Positions 10,136 through 19,205 are shown, counted from the stretch's first letter. The stretch: DNA of 48,029 bases from Candidatus Krumholzibacteriia bacterium (GCA_036351155.1 JAZBOO010000293.1:1-48029), one strand, 5' to 3'. Notes: generated by a model from the letters alone, not told the origin. Numbers and translations are program-made.

Positions 10136-13100
10136 ACCGAAAAATGAGTGTCGCCCCGTCCCGCACGCGGTTCCTCATTCCGGTCGCCCTCGTGGCGGCC
10201 GGTTTTGTTGCCGCCGGATTGCTACCCCTGACCAGTTCCGCCACGGCTCAGGCCTCCGAACAGGTTGCTGGTCCCGATATATCCGTCCATCCCGAGGCCG
10301 CCCCCACCTGGGCTCTCGAGACAGGAGCGGACAAGACCCTGGTGACCATTCAGGATGCCGCCAGGGAGTCTACCTCCCGCGCCGCCACCGTTTATCTTCC
10401 CGGATCAGCCACCAACTTCACACTGGAGGTGGTCAGCGGTGGGCCGGCCAAGGTCACCGCTCCCCGGGGAATGCAGATTCAGCGGGGCGTGAAGGTGCTG
10501 CGTCTGCTGGTCGAAGAGGCCGGCCCCGGCCCCGTCACCGTGGCCGTCAGCCACAACGGGGACTGGGCGAGCCAGAACGAAGGAAAAGCGGGAAAGCTCT
10601 GGTCTCCGGCTCTTCACGGGCTTTCCCGTCCTCCTCTGGCTCTTGCCGACAAGGCCGCCGGTGGTGGTCCCGGATCGTACGTGATCGTGCACGGCCCGGC
10701 CTTCACCTCGGCCATGGCCCCTCTGGTGGAATGGAAAACCCGCAAGGGCTTCGATGTGACCACCATCAGCACCGGGGTGACCGGTTCCACGGCCGCCGGC
10801 ATCAAGGAATACCTGCAGAACGCCTATGACACCTGGGACAATCCCCCGGAGTACATCCTGCTCCTGGGCGATGTGGCCGACATTCCCACCTACAGCTTTT
10901 ACGGAAACCCCTCGGACCTGGACTACACCCTGCTGGATGGCGATGACTGGTTGCCCGACGCCCTGATTGGCCGGTTGCCGGTGGAGAACGACACCATGGC
11001 CCGGACGGTGATCAACAAGATCGTGGGCTACGAACGCTCTCCCTACCTGGCCGGCGAGGACGACTGGTTCACCCGCAGCATCATGGTGGGCGGAGTCGAG
11101 GGATCAGACACCCCTCCTCATACCGTGCGCTATTGTGGGCAGCAATTGACAAAGATCGGATTTGCGCCCGCCCAGACTTTCCTGCATCCTCCGCTACCCT
11201 CGAACATGTTCATTGCCAACATGTTCAACCCCGCCCTGGACAACGGGGCCAGCATCGTGGCCTACCGCGGCTGGGCCTATGGAACCAGCGGCTGGAGCGA
11301 TCCCCGCTATGAAGTCAACGACATGGGAGGCATGAACAACCAGGGCAAGCTGCCCGTGGTGATGAGCTTCGTGTGCCTGAACGGCGATTACACAGCCAGC
11401 AGCCCGTGCTTCGGCGAGGCCTTCCTGCGCCAGGGGCAGCCCGATCAGCCCAAGGGCGCGGTGGCCTTCATCGGCAATGGCGAGCACTGGTCCCATACCC
11501 GTTACAACGATGCCATGGCCATCAGTTTCTTCGAGCGCATCATCGACCCCGAGGTGACCAACCTGGGCAGTCTGGTCAATGCCGGCAAGATGCGCTATTA
11601 CGACTATTTTCCAGGAGAAGTGGATGCGGAAACCTTCGGCGAAGAGTCGGTAGAATTCTATTTCCACATCTACAACCTGCTGGGTGATCCCGAGCTCAAC
11701 TTCTGGAAGAGCACGCCTCGGCTCCTGAGCGTCAACCACTCCACCACCCTTGAAATCGGCACCGGTTTCCTGGAAGTGGAAGTGGATGAAGCTGACCTGC
11801 GCGGTCCCGTGGCCGGAGCGGTGGTCACCGCCGTGTCCGGCGGGGCCCTGGTGGGCCGGGCCGTGACAGACGACAGCGGCATCGCCTGGCTGTCCTTTCC
11901 CCCGGTGGCTGACGAGGCCTCCCTCGAGATCACCGTGACCGGAGCCGGCCTGGTGCCTTACGAGGGCACCGCAGGCACCATTTCCAGCGCGGCCCACGTG
12001 ACCGCCACGACCTTCGCGGTCGATGATGCCGCGGGGAACCAGGATGGCACGGCCAATCCGGGCGAGACCCTGGGCCTGATCCTGACAGTGGCCAACCACG
12101 GGACGGGCAATACCGGCCCCTTCACCATGGAGCTGGTCGATGTGGCCGGTCCAGCCACCCTGGGTGGCCAGACGGTCAACTTTGCCGACCTGGCTTCCGG
12201 CGGCACGGCCGAAGCCGGAACCGCCCTGGACATCGAGGTGCATGCCGGCGCTCGCGATGGTGATGTGATCAAGCTGATCGTCGAAGCTGAACGCAGCGGC
12301 GAGCAATTCGATCAGTCCCTCCTGCAGCTGGTGGTTGCTTCCCCCGACCTGCAGGTGGTGTCCTTGACGCCCGTGGCCTCCGGGCAAGCGGGCCCCGGGG
12401 AAACGGTGGACCTCGACTTGACCATGCATGCCGAGGGCTCCATCGGCACCGGCGGCGGAACCGTGGAACTGGAACTGGTCAATCCCGAGGGTGCCTCTCT
12501 CGTGTCCAGCCAGACCTCCTTTGGCGCCTGCGCGCCCGGCGCCACTGTCCAGAGCACCTCGCCCATCAGCTTGCAGATCGATGCCGATACGGCCACGGGG
12601 ACCAACCTGAGTTTCCTGGCCACCATCACCACGGCAGAGGGCTTCACCTTCCAGGCCACCTGCGGACTGGTGGTCGGTCCGGTTGATGTGGCCACCGTGT
12701 GTGGACCCGACAGTTACGGTTACTACGCCTACGACAGCGCGGACCTGGATTACCCGGCCAAGCGACCGGTGTACCAGTGGAACGAGATCTCCCCCACCTT
12801 TGGCGGCGAAGGCACGCGCCTGGACTTCCCGGTGGACAACGAGATCGTCACCGTCCAGGTGGACCTACCCTTCACCTTCACCTTCTACGGCGAAGATTAC
12901 AGCCGCATCCGGGTCAGTGACAACGGGTGGATCTCCTTCGATCTGGCCCCCCTGTTCAACTTCTACAACTGGACCATGCCGTCCGAGCACGGGAACAACG
13001 CCGTGATCGCCCCTTACTGGGAAAACCTGGTGCCCACCGGCGATGGCGGCAGCAACGGCATCGCGCCGGATGGCGTGTTCTATCACCACGATCCCGTGGC

Positions 13101-13971
13101 CGGAACCTTCACGGTGGAGTGGAGCCGTCTGCATCACTACAAGCCGCAGATCCTGGGCATGCAAACCTTCCAGGTGGTGCTTCTGGATCCGGCCAGTCAC
13201 CCCACCGCCAGCGGCGATGGTGAGATGCTGTTCTATTACCGCGATGTGACCAACAACGACTACGTCCGGAATTATGCCACCGTGGGTATCGAGAATGCCG
13301 ACGGCCTGATCGGAATGCAGCTCAGCTATTTCAGCATCAACGACCCGGGGCTGGCCCCCCTGCAACCCGGACTGGCCATCAGGGTGACCACCGAGTCCCC
13401 GGTCCGGGTGCCTCTGGTCCTGAATTCGCTGGCCGCCGAGCAGATCGGCAGCGACGTGGGCATGGCCTGGTCCCTGGACGACGAGCGGCCGATTCTCGGC
13501 TGGCATATCGATCAGGTGTCCCCCGAGGGCATCACCCGCTTGACCGAGCAGCCCCTGCCGGGAACGGCGCGTCACTGGACAGGCCCCGCTGCGGTGGCCA
13601 GGGGTGAATCGACCCGATTCCGGCTGACTGCCTTGCATCCCTACGGCACCACCAGTCAGCCCGGCGAAGTGGAGCTGGAAGGACAAACCGTCCTGGGTCT
13701 GGCCCTGCACCGCGCCAGCCCCAACCCGACGGCGGGACAGGCCAGCATCGCCTTTGCCTTGCCGGCCGATGCTCAGGCCCGGCTCCAGGTTTACGACACC
13801 GCCGGCCGCCTGGTCCGCACTCTCCTGGACGGACACACGTCCGCCGGTGAGGGCGTGCGCACCTGGGACGGACGAGATGACCGCGGCATGCCCGCCGCCG
13901 GCGGCGTGTACTTTTTCCGTCTGGAAACCCGGGGCCAAACATTGACCCGGAAGCTCATCCTGGTTCGCTAA
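10132..13971 (+). CDS. Second secreted gingipain-like C25 family protein with Ig-like, nidogen-like and FlgD-Ig/T9SS-like domains
   Basis: PLVEWKTRKGF, IKEYLQNAY, YILLLGD, DALIGRLPV, KIVGYE, FVCLNGDY, CFGEAFLR, YNLLGDPEL; GPDSYGYYAYD; C-terminus ASPNPT...GVYFFRL...RKLILVR; ATGA overlap with the upstream gene. Confidence 0.88.
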   Translation: MNRKMSVAPSRTRFLIPVALVAAGFVAAGLLPLTSSATAQASEQVAGPDISVHPEAAPTWALETGADKTLVTIQDAARESTSRAATVYLPGSATNFTLEVVSGGPAKVTAPRGMQIQRGVKVLRLLVEEAGPGPVTVAVSHNGDWASQNEGKAGKLWSPALHGLSRPPLALADKAAGGGPGSYVIVHGPAFTSAMAPLVEWKTRKGFDVTTISTGVTGSTAAGIKEYLQNAYDTWDNPPEYILLLGDVADIPTYSFYGNPSDLDYTLLDGDDWLPDALIGRLPVENDTMARTVINKIVGYERSPYLAGEDDWFTRSIMVGGVEGSDTPPHTVRYCGQQLTKIGFAPAQTFLHPPLPSNMFIANMFNPALDNGASIVAYRGWAYGTSGWSDPRYEVNDMGGMNNQGKLPVVMSFVCLNGDYTASSPCFGEAFLRQGQPDQPKGAVAFIGNGEHWSHTRYNDAMAISFFERIIDPEVTNLGSLVNAGKMRYYDYFPGEVDAETFGEESVEFYFHIYNLLGDPELNFWKSTPRLLSVNHSTTLEIGTGFLEVEVDEADLRGPVAGAVVTAVSGGALVGRAVTDDSGIAWLSFPPVADEASLEITVTGAGLVPYEGTAGTISSAAHVTATTFAVDDAAGNQDGTANPGETLGLILTVANHGTGNTGPFTMELVDVAGPATLGGQTVNFADLASGGTAEAGTALDIEVHAGARDGDVIKLIVEAERSGEQFDQSLLQLVVASPDLQVVSLTPVASGQAGPGETVDLDLTMHAEGSIGTGGGTVELELVNPEGASLVSSQTSFGACAPGATVQSTSPISLQIDADTATGTNLSFLATITTAEGFTFQATCGLVVGPVDVATVCGPDSYGYYAYDSADLDYPAKRPVYQWNEISPTFGGEGTRLDFPVDNEIVTVQVDLPFTFTFYGEDYSRIRVSDNGWISFDLAPLFNFYNWTMPSEHGNNAVIAPYWENLVPTGDGGSNGIAPDGVFYHHDPVAGTFTVEWSRLHHYKPQILGMQTFQVVLLDPASHPTASGDGEMLFYYRDVTNNDYVRNYATVGIENADGLIGMQLSYFSINDPGLAPLQPGLAIRVTTESPVRVPLVLNSLAAEQIGSDVGMAWSLDDERPILGWHIDQVSPEGITRLTEQPLPGTARHWTGPAAVARGESTRFRLTALHPYGTTSQPGEVELEGQTVLGLALHRASPNPTAGQASIAFALPADAQARLQVYDTAGRLVRTLLDGHTSAGEGVRTWDGRDDRGMPAAGGVYFFRLETRGQTLTRKLILVR

Positions 13972-14016
13972 AAGAACCGTGACCGGGGGCGGCCTGGCCG
14001 CCCCCTGCAAGGTGCC

Positions 14017-15195
14017 ATGTACCTGGTGATTTTCTTGTTGAGCCTGTTGACTGCCCTCGGAATGTGGGAGATGGGCCGGCATGTCCTGCACCGCCGCCGG
14101 ATTCCCGTGCGGGTGCACGTCAACGGCAGCCGGGGCAAATCCTCGGTGGCCCGCTTGATAGCCGCCGGCCTGCGGGCCGGTGGGTACAAGGTGGTAGGCA
14201 AGACCACAGGCAGCACCGCGGCGGTCATCCATACCGATGGCAGCGAAACCCCCATCCGTCGTCGAGGTGGACCCAACATCAAGGAACAGCTGCGCGTCAT
14301 ACGCCGGGCCACCCGCGAGGGATGTCAGGCCCTGGTTCTCGAGTGCATGGCCGTGCGCCCTGACCTGCAGAAGGTGTGTGAACATTCCATCGTCCGGGCC
14401 ACCCACGGCGTGATCACCAACGTGCGCCCCGATCACCTGGAAGTCATGGGACCCACCATGGACGACGTGGCCTCCAGCCTGGCCGGCACCGTCCCGCGCA
14501 AGGCCCACCTGTTCACAGCCGAAGATCACTATCATGATTTTCTGGCCCAGCGCGCCCGACGCGCCGGCTCCCGTTTCTCCCTGGCCACCGCAGCAGGGGT
14601 AGCCACCGAGGAAATGGCCGGTTTCGGGTACGTGGAATTTGCCGAGAATGTGAGTCTGGCTCTCGACGTCTGCACCTCCATCGGGGTTCCCCGCGAAAAG
14701 GCCCTGCAGGCGATGTACAAGGTCACACCCGATGTCGGCGCCTTGACCCGCTGGCGGGTCACTTCGGCCCATGCCGATCATCCCGGCACCATGACCTTCA
14801 TCAACGGCTTTGCCGCCAATGACCCCGAGAGTTATCTCCGGGTCTGGCGGCGCCTGGAACTGGCCGAGAGCACCGAGCGCGTGCTGATCCTGATGAACAT
14901 CCGTGGGGATCGCCAGCGCCGCAGCAAGGATCTGGCTCCGCTGATGGGCAAGGAACTGAAAGCGGACGGATACATCCTCATCGGTGAGGAAACCGCCCTG
15001 TTTGGTGACATGATCCGCCGCTCGGGGGTGGACCGCAGCGCCATCCACGACTGGCATGGTCTGTCGGCCGAGAATCTCTGGCTGCGTCTCTGTGAGCTGG
15101 GGCAGGGACAGGCCACCGTCTTTGGCATGGGTAACATCGCCGGGATCGGCAACCGCTTGCTGGACCATCTGCGTGACCGGAGGTTGGATCCTTGA
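14017..15195 (+). CDS. pgsB: Poly-gamma-glutamate synthase PgsB/CapB (Mur-ligase-like ATP-dependent amide ligase)
   Basis: N-terminal TM; RVHVNGSRGKSSVARLIAAGL, KTTG, PNIKEQ, VLECMAV, ITNVRPDHLEVMGPT, FINGFAANDPES, GMGNIAG motifs; adjacent to pgsC. Confidence 0.93.
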   Translation: MYLVIFLLSLLTALGMWEMGRHVLHRRRIPVRVHVNGSRGKSSVARLIAAGLRAGGYKVVGKTTGSTAAVIHTDGSETPIRRRGGPNIKEQLRVIRRATREGCQALVLECMAVRPDLQKVCEHSIVRATHGVITNVRPDHLEVMGPTMDDVASSLAGTVPRKAHLFTAEDHYHDFLAQRARRAGSRFSLATAAGVATEEMAGFGYVEFAENVSLALDVCTSIGVPREKALQAMYKVTPDVGALTRWRVTSAHADHPGTMTFINGFAANDPESYLRVWRRLELAESTERVLILMNIRGDRQRRSKDLAPLMGKELKADGYILIGEETALFGDMIRRSGVDRSAIHDWHGLSAENLWLRLCELGQGQATVFGMGNIAGIGNRLLDHLRDRRLDP

Positions 15196-15665
15196 TCTAT
15201 CAAAGCATTGGCCTGGGCCTGGTGGTCAGCCTCTTCTTCAGCGAGATCCTGGGTCTGGCCGCGGGCGGTCTGGTCGTCCCCGGCTACATCGCCCTGTACC
15301 TGGATCAGCCATTGCGCATCCTGGGGACCATCCTGGCGGCTCTGGTCACCTACGGCTTCGTGCGCCTGGTCGGGCGCTTCGTCCTCCTGTACGGAAGGCG
15401 CACCATGGTCTTTTCCGTGCTGGCCGGATTTCTTTTCGGTTACCTCACCCGGTATCTCCTGGTCTTCAACGCCACCCTGGATCTTGGCGTGGATGCCAGC
15501 GTGATCCAGTCCATCGGCTACATCATTCCCGGTCTCATCGCCTACTGGATGAGCCGGCAAGGCGTAGTGGAAACCCTGTGTACCATGATCATGGCGGCCT
15601 TCATTGTCCGCCTGGCCCTGGTTGTTGCCCACGGAGGAAAGCTCATTGAGCTGGCGGTTGGATAA
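15192..15665 (+). CDS. pgsC: Poly-gamma-glutamate biosynthesis membrane protein PgsC/CapC
   Basis: 157-aa hydrophobic protein: IGLGLVVSLFFSE..GLAAGGLVVPGYIAL, LYGRR, IGYIIPGLIA..M.RQGV; TTG start overlapping the pgsB stop. Confidence 0.93.
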   Translation: MIYQSIGLGLVVSLFFSEILGLAAGGLVVPGYIALYLDQPLRILGTILAALVTYGFVRLVGRFVLLYGRRTMVFSVLAGFLFGYLTRYLLVFNATLDLGVDASVIQSIGYIIPGLIAYWMSRQGVVETLCTMIMAAFIVRLALVVAHGGKLIELAVG

Positions 15666-17658
15666 CAGACGACGCTTCATCCTGCTGGTCCTGGCCAGCA
15701 TCGCGCTGCTCTTGCAGTGGGTGCTGGACAGCACCCGGACACCCACGCGTCAACGTGACCACGATCTGAAAATCGCCGCGGCGGAACAGGCTGAGCGGGC
15801 TTTTGCCGTGATCCGCGAATATCGTCGCATGGACGATTCACGCCTGGACCTGGTGAACGATCCCGCAGGCACGGGACTGGTGGGCCCCCAGTTCAGCCTG
15901 ATCACCAATGCGCGAGGCGATCTGGACGCCAAGCTGACCAGCTTGAATCCCAACTTTGCGGGACTGCTGGTGAAATTTTTCCGTGAAGCCGGACTGAACA
16001 AGGGCGACAAGGTGGCCGTGGCCGTCTCGGGCTCCTTTCCCGGCATCAACATCGGCCTCTATGCCGCCCTGGAGACCATGGAGCTGGACCCGGTGATCAT
16101 CACCTCGGTGGGCGCCTCCATGTGGGGGGCCAACAACCCGGAGTTCACCTGGCTGGACATGGAAACCCTTTTTCGGGAAAAGGGTGTCTTCAAGTTGCGG
16201 AGCGATGCCGCCACTTACGGCGGAGCCAACGACATGGGCCGGGGCCTGAGCCCCGATGGACGCCGTCTCATCCAGGAAGCCATCGACCGCAACGGCATTC
16301 CCCTGCTGGATTCGAAAAACATCCAGGACGCCATCGACCAGCGCCTGGCCTTCTTCATGGAGAATGCCCGTGGTCGCGCCTACCAGCTCTATGTGAACGT
16401 GGGCGGCGGGGTGGCCAGCATTGGCAGCACCCACAACCGTTTGCTTCTCCCCAAGGGGCTGAACTTCGATCTCCAGGAGCACAACTGGGCACGCAAGGGC
16501 AACCTCATCCAGTTCGCGGAAATGGGTGTTCCCACGGTCCACTTGCTGGGCATCACCGGCCTGGCCAGAGAATACGGTCTACCCATTTCTCCCGACTACC
16601 AGCCCCAACCGGGCGAAGGCGAGATCTTCATGCAGGACATGTACCGGCTGCCCCTGGCCTTCGGAATTTTCGTGACCTATTGCTTGCTGTGCCTGCTCGT
16701 TCTGGCCCCTGAAATCCGGCATGGACTGTTCGACAAGCTGACCCGCAGGCCACCCGTGGTGCCCCTGGCTCTGGCCCTGCTGTGCCTGGCCGGCTGGACG
16801 GGAGCCGGAGCAGCCCGGGCGGAAACCCGCTGGGCCTCCGTGTCTCCGCAGGGCGAGGCTCCGACCGTGTGCCTTCGGTCCTCGGGCCAGGAATTCCAGT
16901 ATCAACTCCTCGACACCGGAACCCTCTATCGCGTGAATGGACCACGGCCCATCAAGATCGTGGCCCGGTACATTTTCGCCGAAGGGGAAACCGGAGCACC
17001 CAGCTTCACCTTGCTGGCCCATGTCGACGGCGAGGAGATCCTGCGCAAGACCTTCCGCGCCCGGCCCCATGAAGGCGTCCAGGCCTGCTCCGGAGACCAG
17101 CTCGTCTCGGCCCTGCGGCGCGCACTGCTCAACGTGAGCAAGGGTCGGCACATCGTCGAGCTTTCCGCCGAATGCGATGGCCCTGGACAGGTCGCGGCCC
17201 GCATGTTCCGGGAGACACGCAAGAAGACGGCACCGCTGGTGAGCTTCCAGCCCCAGCAATACCATGAACTGGCCGAACTGCAGTTCGAAAGCGGAAACCA
17301 GTCGACCTACTACCGCTTCGAGGCGGGACATCCCCTGGTTTTCCGCCTCAATGGCCCCACCACCGCCAAGCTTTACACACGCCTGGATTTCGACCACACC
17401 ATGAACGGTGATCAGGAATACGGGCTGGAAGTCCTGCGCGACGGCAAGAGCTGGCGCACCTTTCGGTTCCACACCCGCGAGTTGAGCTCCGGTCTGTATC
17501 TCGACCGCCCCGACCTTTTGCCCGGCATCCGCAAGACCGTCACCCTCGAGGTGCCGGACGGCGCGCACTCCTTCGAGGTGCGCTGTCTGCATCCGGCCGC
17601 CTGCGGGGTGGCCGCCCAGATCCGCATCCCTGAAAAGGCCCTGGAGGTTCGTCCTTGA
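15646..17658 (+). CDS. pgsW: PgsW-like poly-gamma-glutamate system protein fused to an extra C-terminal periplasmic two-repeat module
   Basis: Start at TTG 15646 after GGAGG (MSWRLD...). Motifs DPAGTGLVG, GDLDAKLTSLNPNFA, SGSFPG, SVGASMWGANNP..TWLDME, YVNVGGGVASIG match my recollection of the PGA-system protein family that accompanies pgsBC. After two TM segments there are ~280 additional residues. Confidence 0.8.
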   Translation: MSWRLDNRRRFILLVLASIALLLQWVLDSTRTPTRQRDHDLKIAAAEQAERAFAVIREYRRMDDSRLDLVNDPAGTGLVGPQFSLITNARGDLDAKLTSLNPNFAGLLVKFFREAGLNKGDKVAVAVSGSFPGINIGLYAALETMELDPVIITSVGASMWGANNPEFTWLDMETLFREKGVFKLRSDAATYGGANDMGRGLSPDGRRLIQEAIDRNGIPLLDSKNIQDAIDQRLAFFMENARGRAYQLYVNVGGGVASIGSTHNRLLLPKGLNFDLQEHNWARKGNLIQFAEMGVPTVHLLGITGLAREYGLPISPDYQPQPGEGEIFMQDMYRLPLAFGIFVTYCLLCLLVLAPEIRHGLFDKLTRRPPVVPLALALLCLAGWTGAGAARAETRWASVSPQGEAPTVCLRSSGQEFQYQLLDTGTLYRVNGPRPIKIVARYIFAEGETGAPSFTLLAHVDGEEILRKTFRARPHEGVQACSGDQLVSALRRALLNVSKGRHIVELSAECDGPGQVAARMFRETRKKTAPLVSFQPQQYHELAELQFESGNQSTYYRFEAGHPLVFRLNGPTTAKLYTRLDFDHTMNGDQEYGLEVLRDGKSWRTFRFHTRELSSGLYLDRPDLLPGIRKTVTLEVPDGAHSFEVRCLHPAACGVAAQIRIPEKALEVRP

Positions 17659-19205
17659 TTCTCAGACGCTTATGGCCAGGCATCCTGGTGGTCCTTTCCC
17701 TGTGGGCCGGCACCGTGATGGGTGCCGAAACCCTGCGCCCCCTGGGGTCGCAGGACACCGTCCCGGTGGGAAGGTCAGCCAAGCCCTACCTCGTCATGCA
17801 GGACGGGCCGCTGGTCTTCCCGGTGACGGGACCCGGCTCGGTGACCATTTACACCCGGGTGCCCATGGCCGGCCCGGAAGCCCCCACTCGCAAGGGCTCC
17901 TTGCAGGTGGCGGGGTTGGCGCCGGAACCGCTGGTCCTTCCCCTGGAGTTCCAGGTCACACGCTCCAGCCGTTACGGCGATGCGCGAGAAGGTGTGCCCA
18001 GTGGGGGCCAGAAGACCACCCTCGAGGTGCCGGCCGGCAACCATCGGCTGGAGTTGTCCGGTCAGATCGTCGGCGGAGGTCCGGCCCTGGTCATCGTCTA
18101 CTATGACGGTCCTCCTCAGCCCTCCACCCCCGGCTTGATGCCCCGCGAAGTGACCGTCAAGACACCCCAGGGTCTCTCTGCCGGACCCAAGAAATCGGCC
18201 TGGAGTTTTCGCGGAAGTGCCGGCTTTGACCTCATGTACAACGACAACATCCTGACCAACAGCGACGACTACCTGGACGAGTTCCAGAGCGGCCGGTCGC
18301 CCCATAAATTTCAGCACAACACCGATGACGATTTTGTCTTTGCTCCCGAGTTCGATATCGAGGCCCGCAACAGCAAGCTGCTCCCCTGGGGACAAACGCG
18401 GTTCAAGTTCAAGTTCAAGCACTGGCTGTACACCAACAACGCCATCAAGACCAACACCGACTTTCATTTTTACGGGCGTCAGTACTTCGGCAAGAAACGC
18501 AGCCTCGAGGGGTACTTCCACTTCGCCCCGGAGCAGTACATCCGAGATTTGACCGACCGGTCCCCCCTGGCCGATCCCGGCTCTTCCGTCATCTGGCAAG
18601 CCTTCAATTTTCAGCGCAACGTGTGGAACCTTACCTGGCGGCAGACCATCAACAAGAAATTATCGGTGAAGTTCATCTACGAAAGGAACTATCGCTACTA
18701 CAACCAGCCCTTCATGGAAAACGACATCAAGGCCTGGGAGGTCCGCGGCAATGCCACCTGGAAATTCAACCGCACCTACACCATGAACCTGGACTACAGC
18801 TTCGAGGATGGCAACGGGCGCGGCCTGGACGAGGTGGGCGAAGATATCCTGACCTCGGACAACAGTGATCCGTCGTACGAACGGGATCTTTACCGCATTG
18901 GCCTGACCATGAAGCACAAGGCGCTGAAGAAGTTCATCAGCCAGATGGATTTCAGCTTCCTGTTCATGGACTACTACTACACCACGACCAAGAACCTGGT
19001 CCAGGACCCCTATCATGCCGGGCGTCGGGACACCTACTACAAGGCCACTGCCGAAGTGCGCCGCAAGCTGACCAAAACCATCTCCGCCAAGGCGGCCGTG
19101 CGCCGTACAGAGCGGGTTGTCTACTCCCCCTGGGAAGGGGACATCACCACGGACAAGGATTTCACCCAGTGGCTCTACTGGGTCAACCTGAGTTACCGGT
19201 TCTGA
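17655..19205 (+). CDS. Outer-membrane beta-barrel protein with N-terminal periplasmic beta-sandwich domain
   Basis: Signal peptide; Pro-rich linker; then alternating aromatic amphipathic strands (YNDNIL, FKFKFKHWLY, FIYERNYRYY), ending WLYWVNLSYRF with a terminal Phe (BAM signal). TTGA overlap with pgsW. Confidence 0.75.
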   Translation: MILRRLWPGILVVLSLWAGTVMGAETLRPLGSQDTVPVGRSAKPYLVMQDGPLVFPVTGPGSVTIYTRVPMAGPEAPTRKGSLQVAGLAPEPLVLPLEFQVTRSSRYGDAREGVPSGGQKTTLEVPAGNHRLELSGQIVGGGPALVIVYYDGPPQPSTPGLMPREVTVKTPQGLSAGPKKSAWSFRGSAGFDLMYNDNILTNSDDYLDEFQSGRSPHKFQHNTDDDFVFAPEFDIEARNSKLLPWGQTRFKFKFKHWLYTNNAIKTNTDFHFYGRQYFGKKRSLEGYFHFAPEQYIRDLTDRSPLADPGSSVIWQAFNFQRNVWNLTWRQTINKKLSVKFIYERNYRYYNQPFMENDIKAWEVRGNATWKFNRTYTMNLDYSFEDGNGRGLDEVGEDILTSDNSDPSYERDLYRIGLTMKHKALKKFISQMDFSFLFMDYYYTTTKNLVQDPYHAGRRDTYYKATAEVRRKLTKTISAKAAVRRTERVVYSPWEGDITTDKDFTQWLYWVNLSYRF

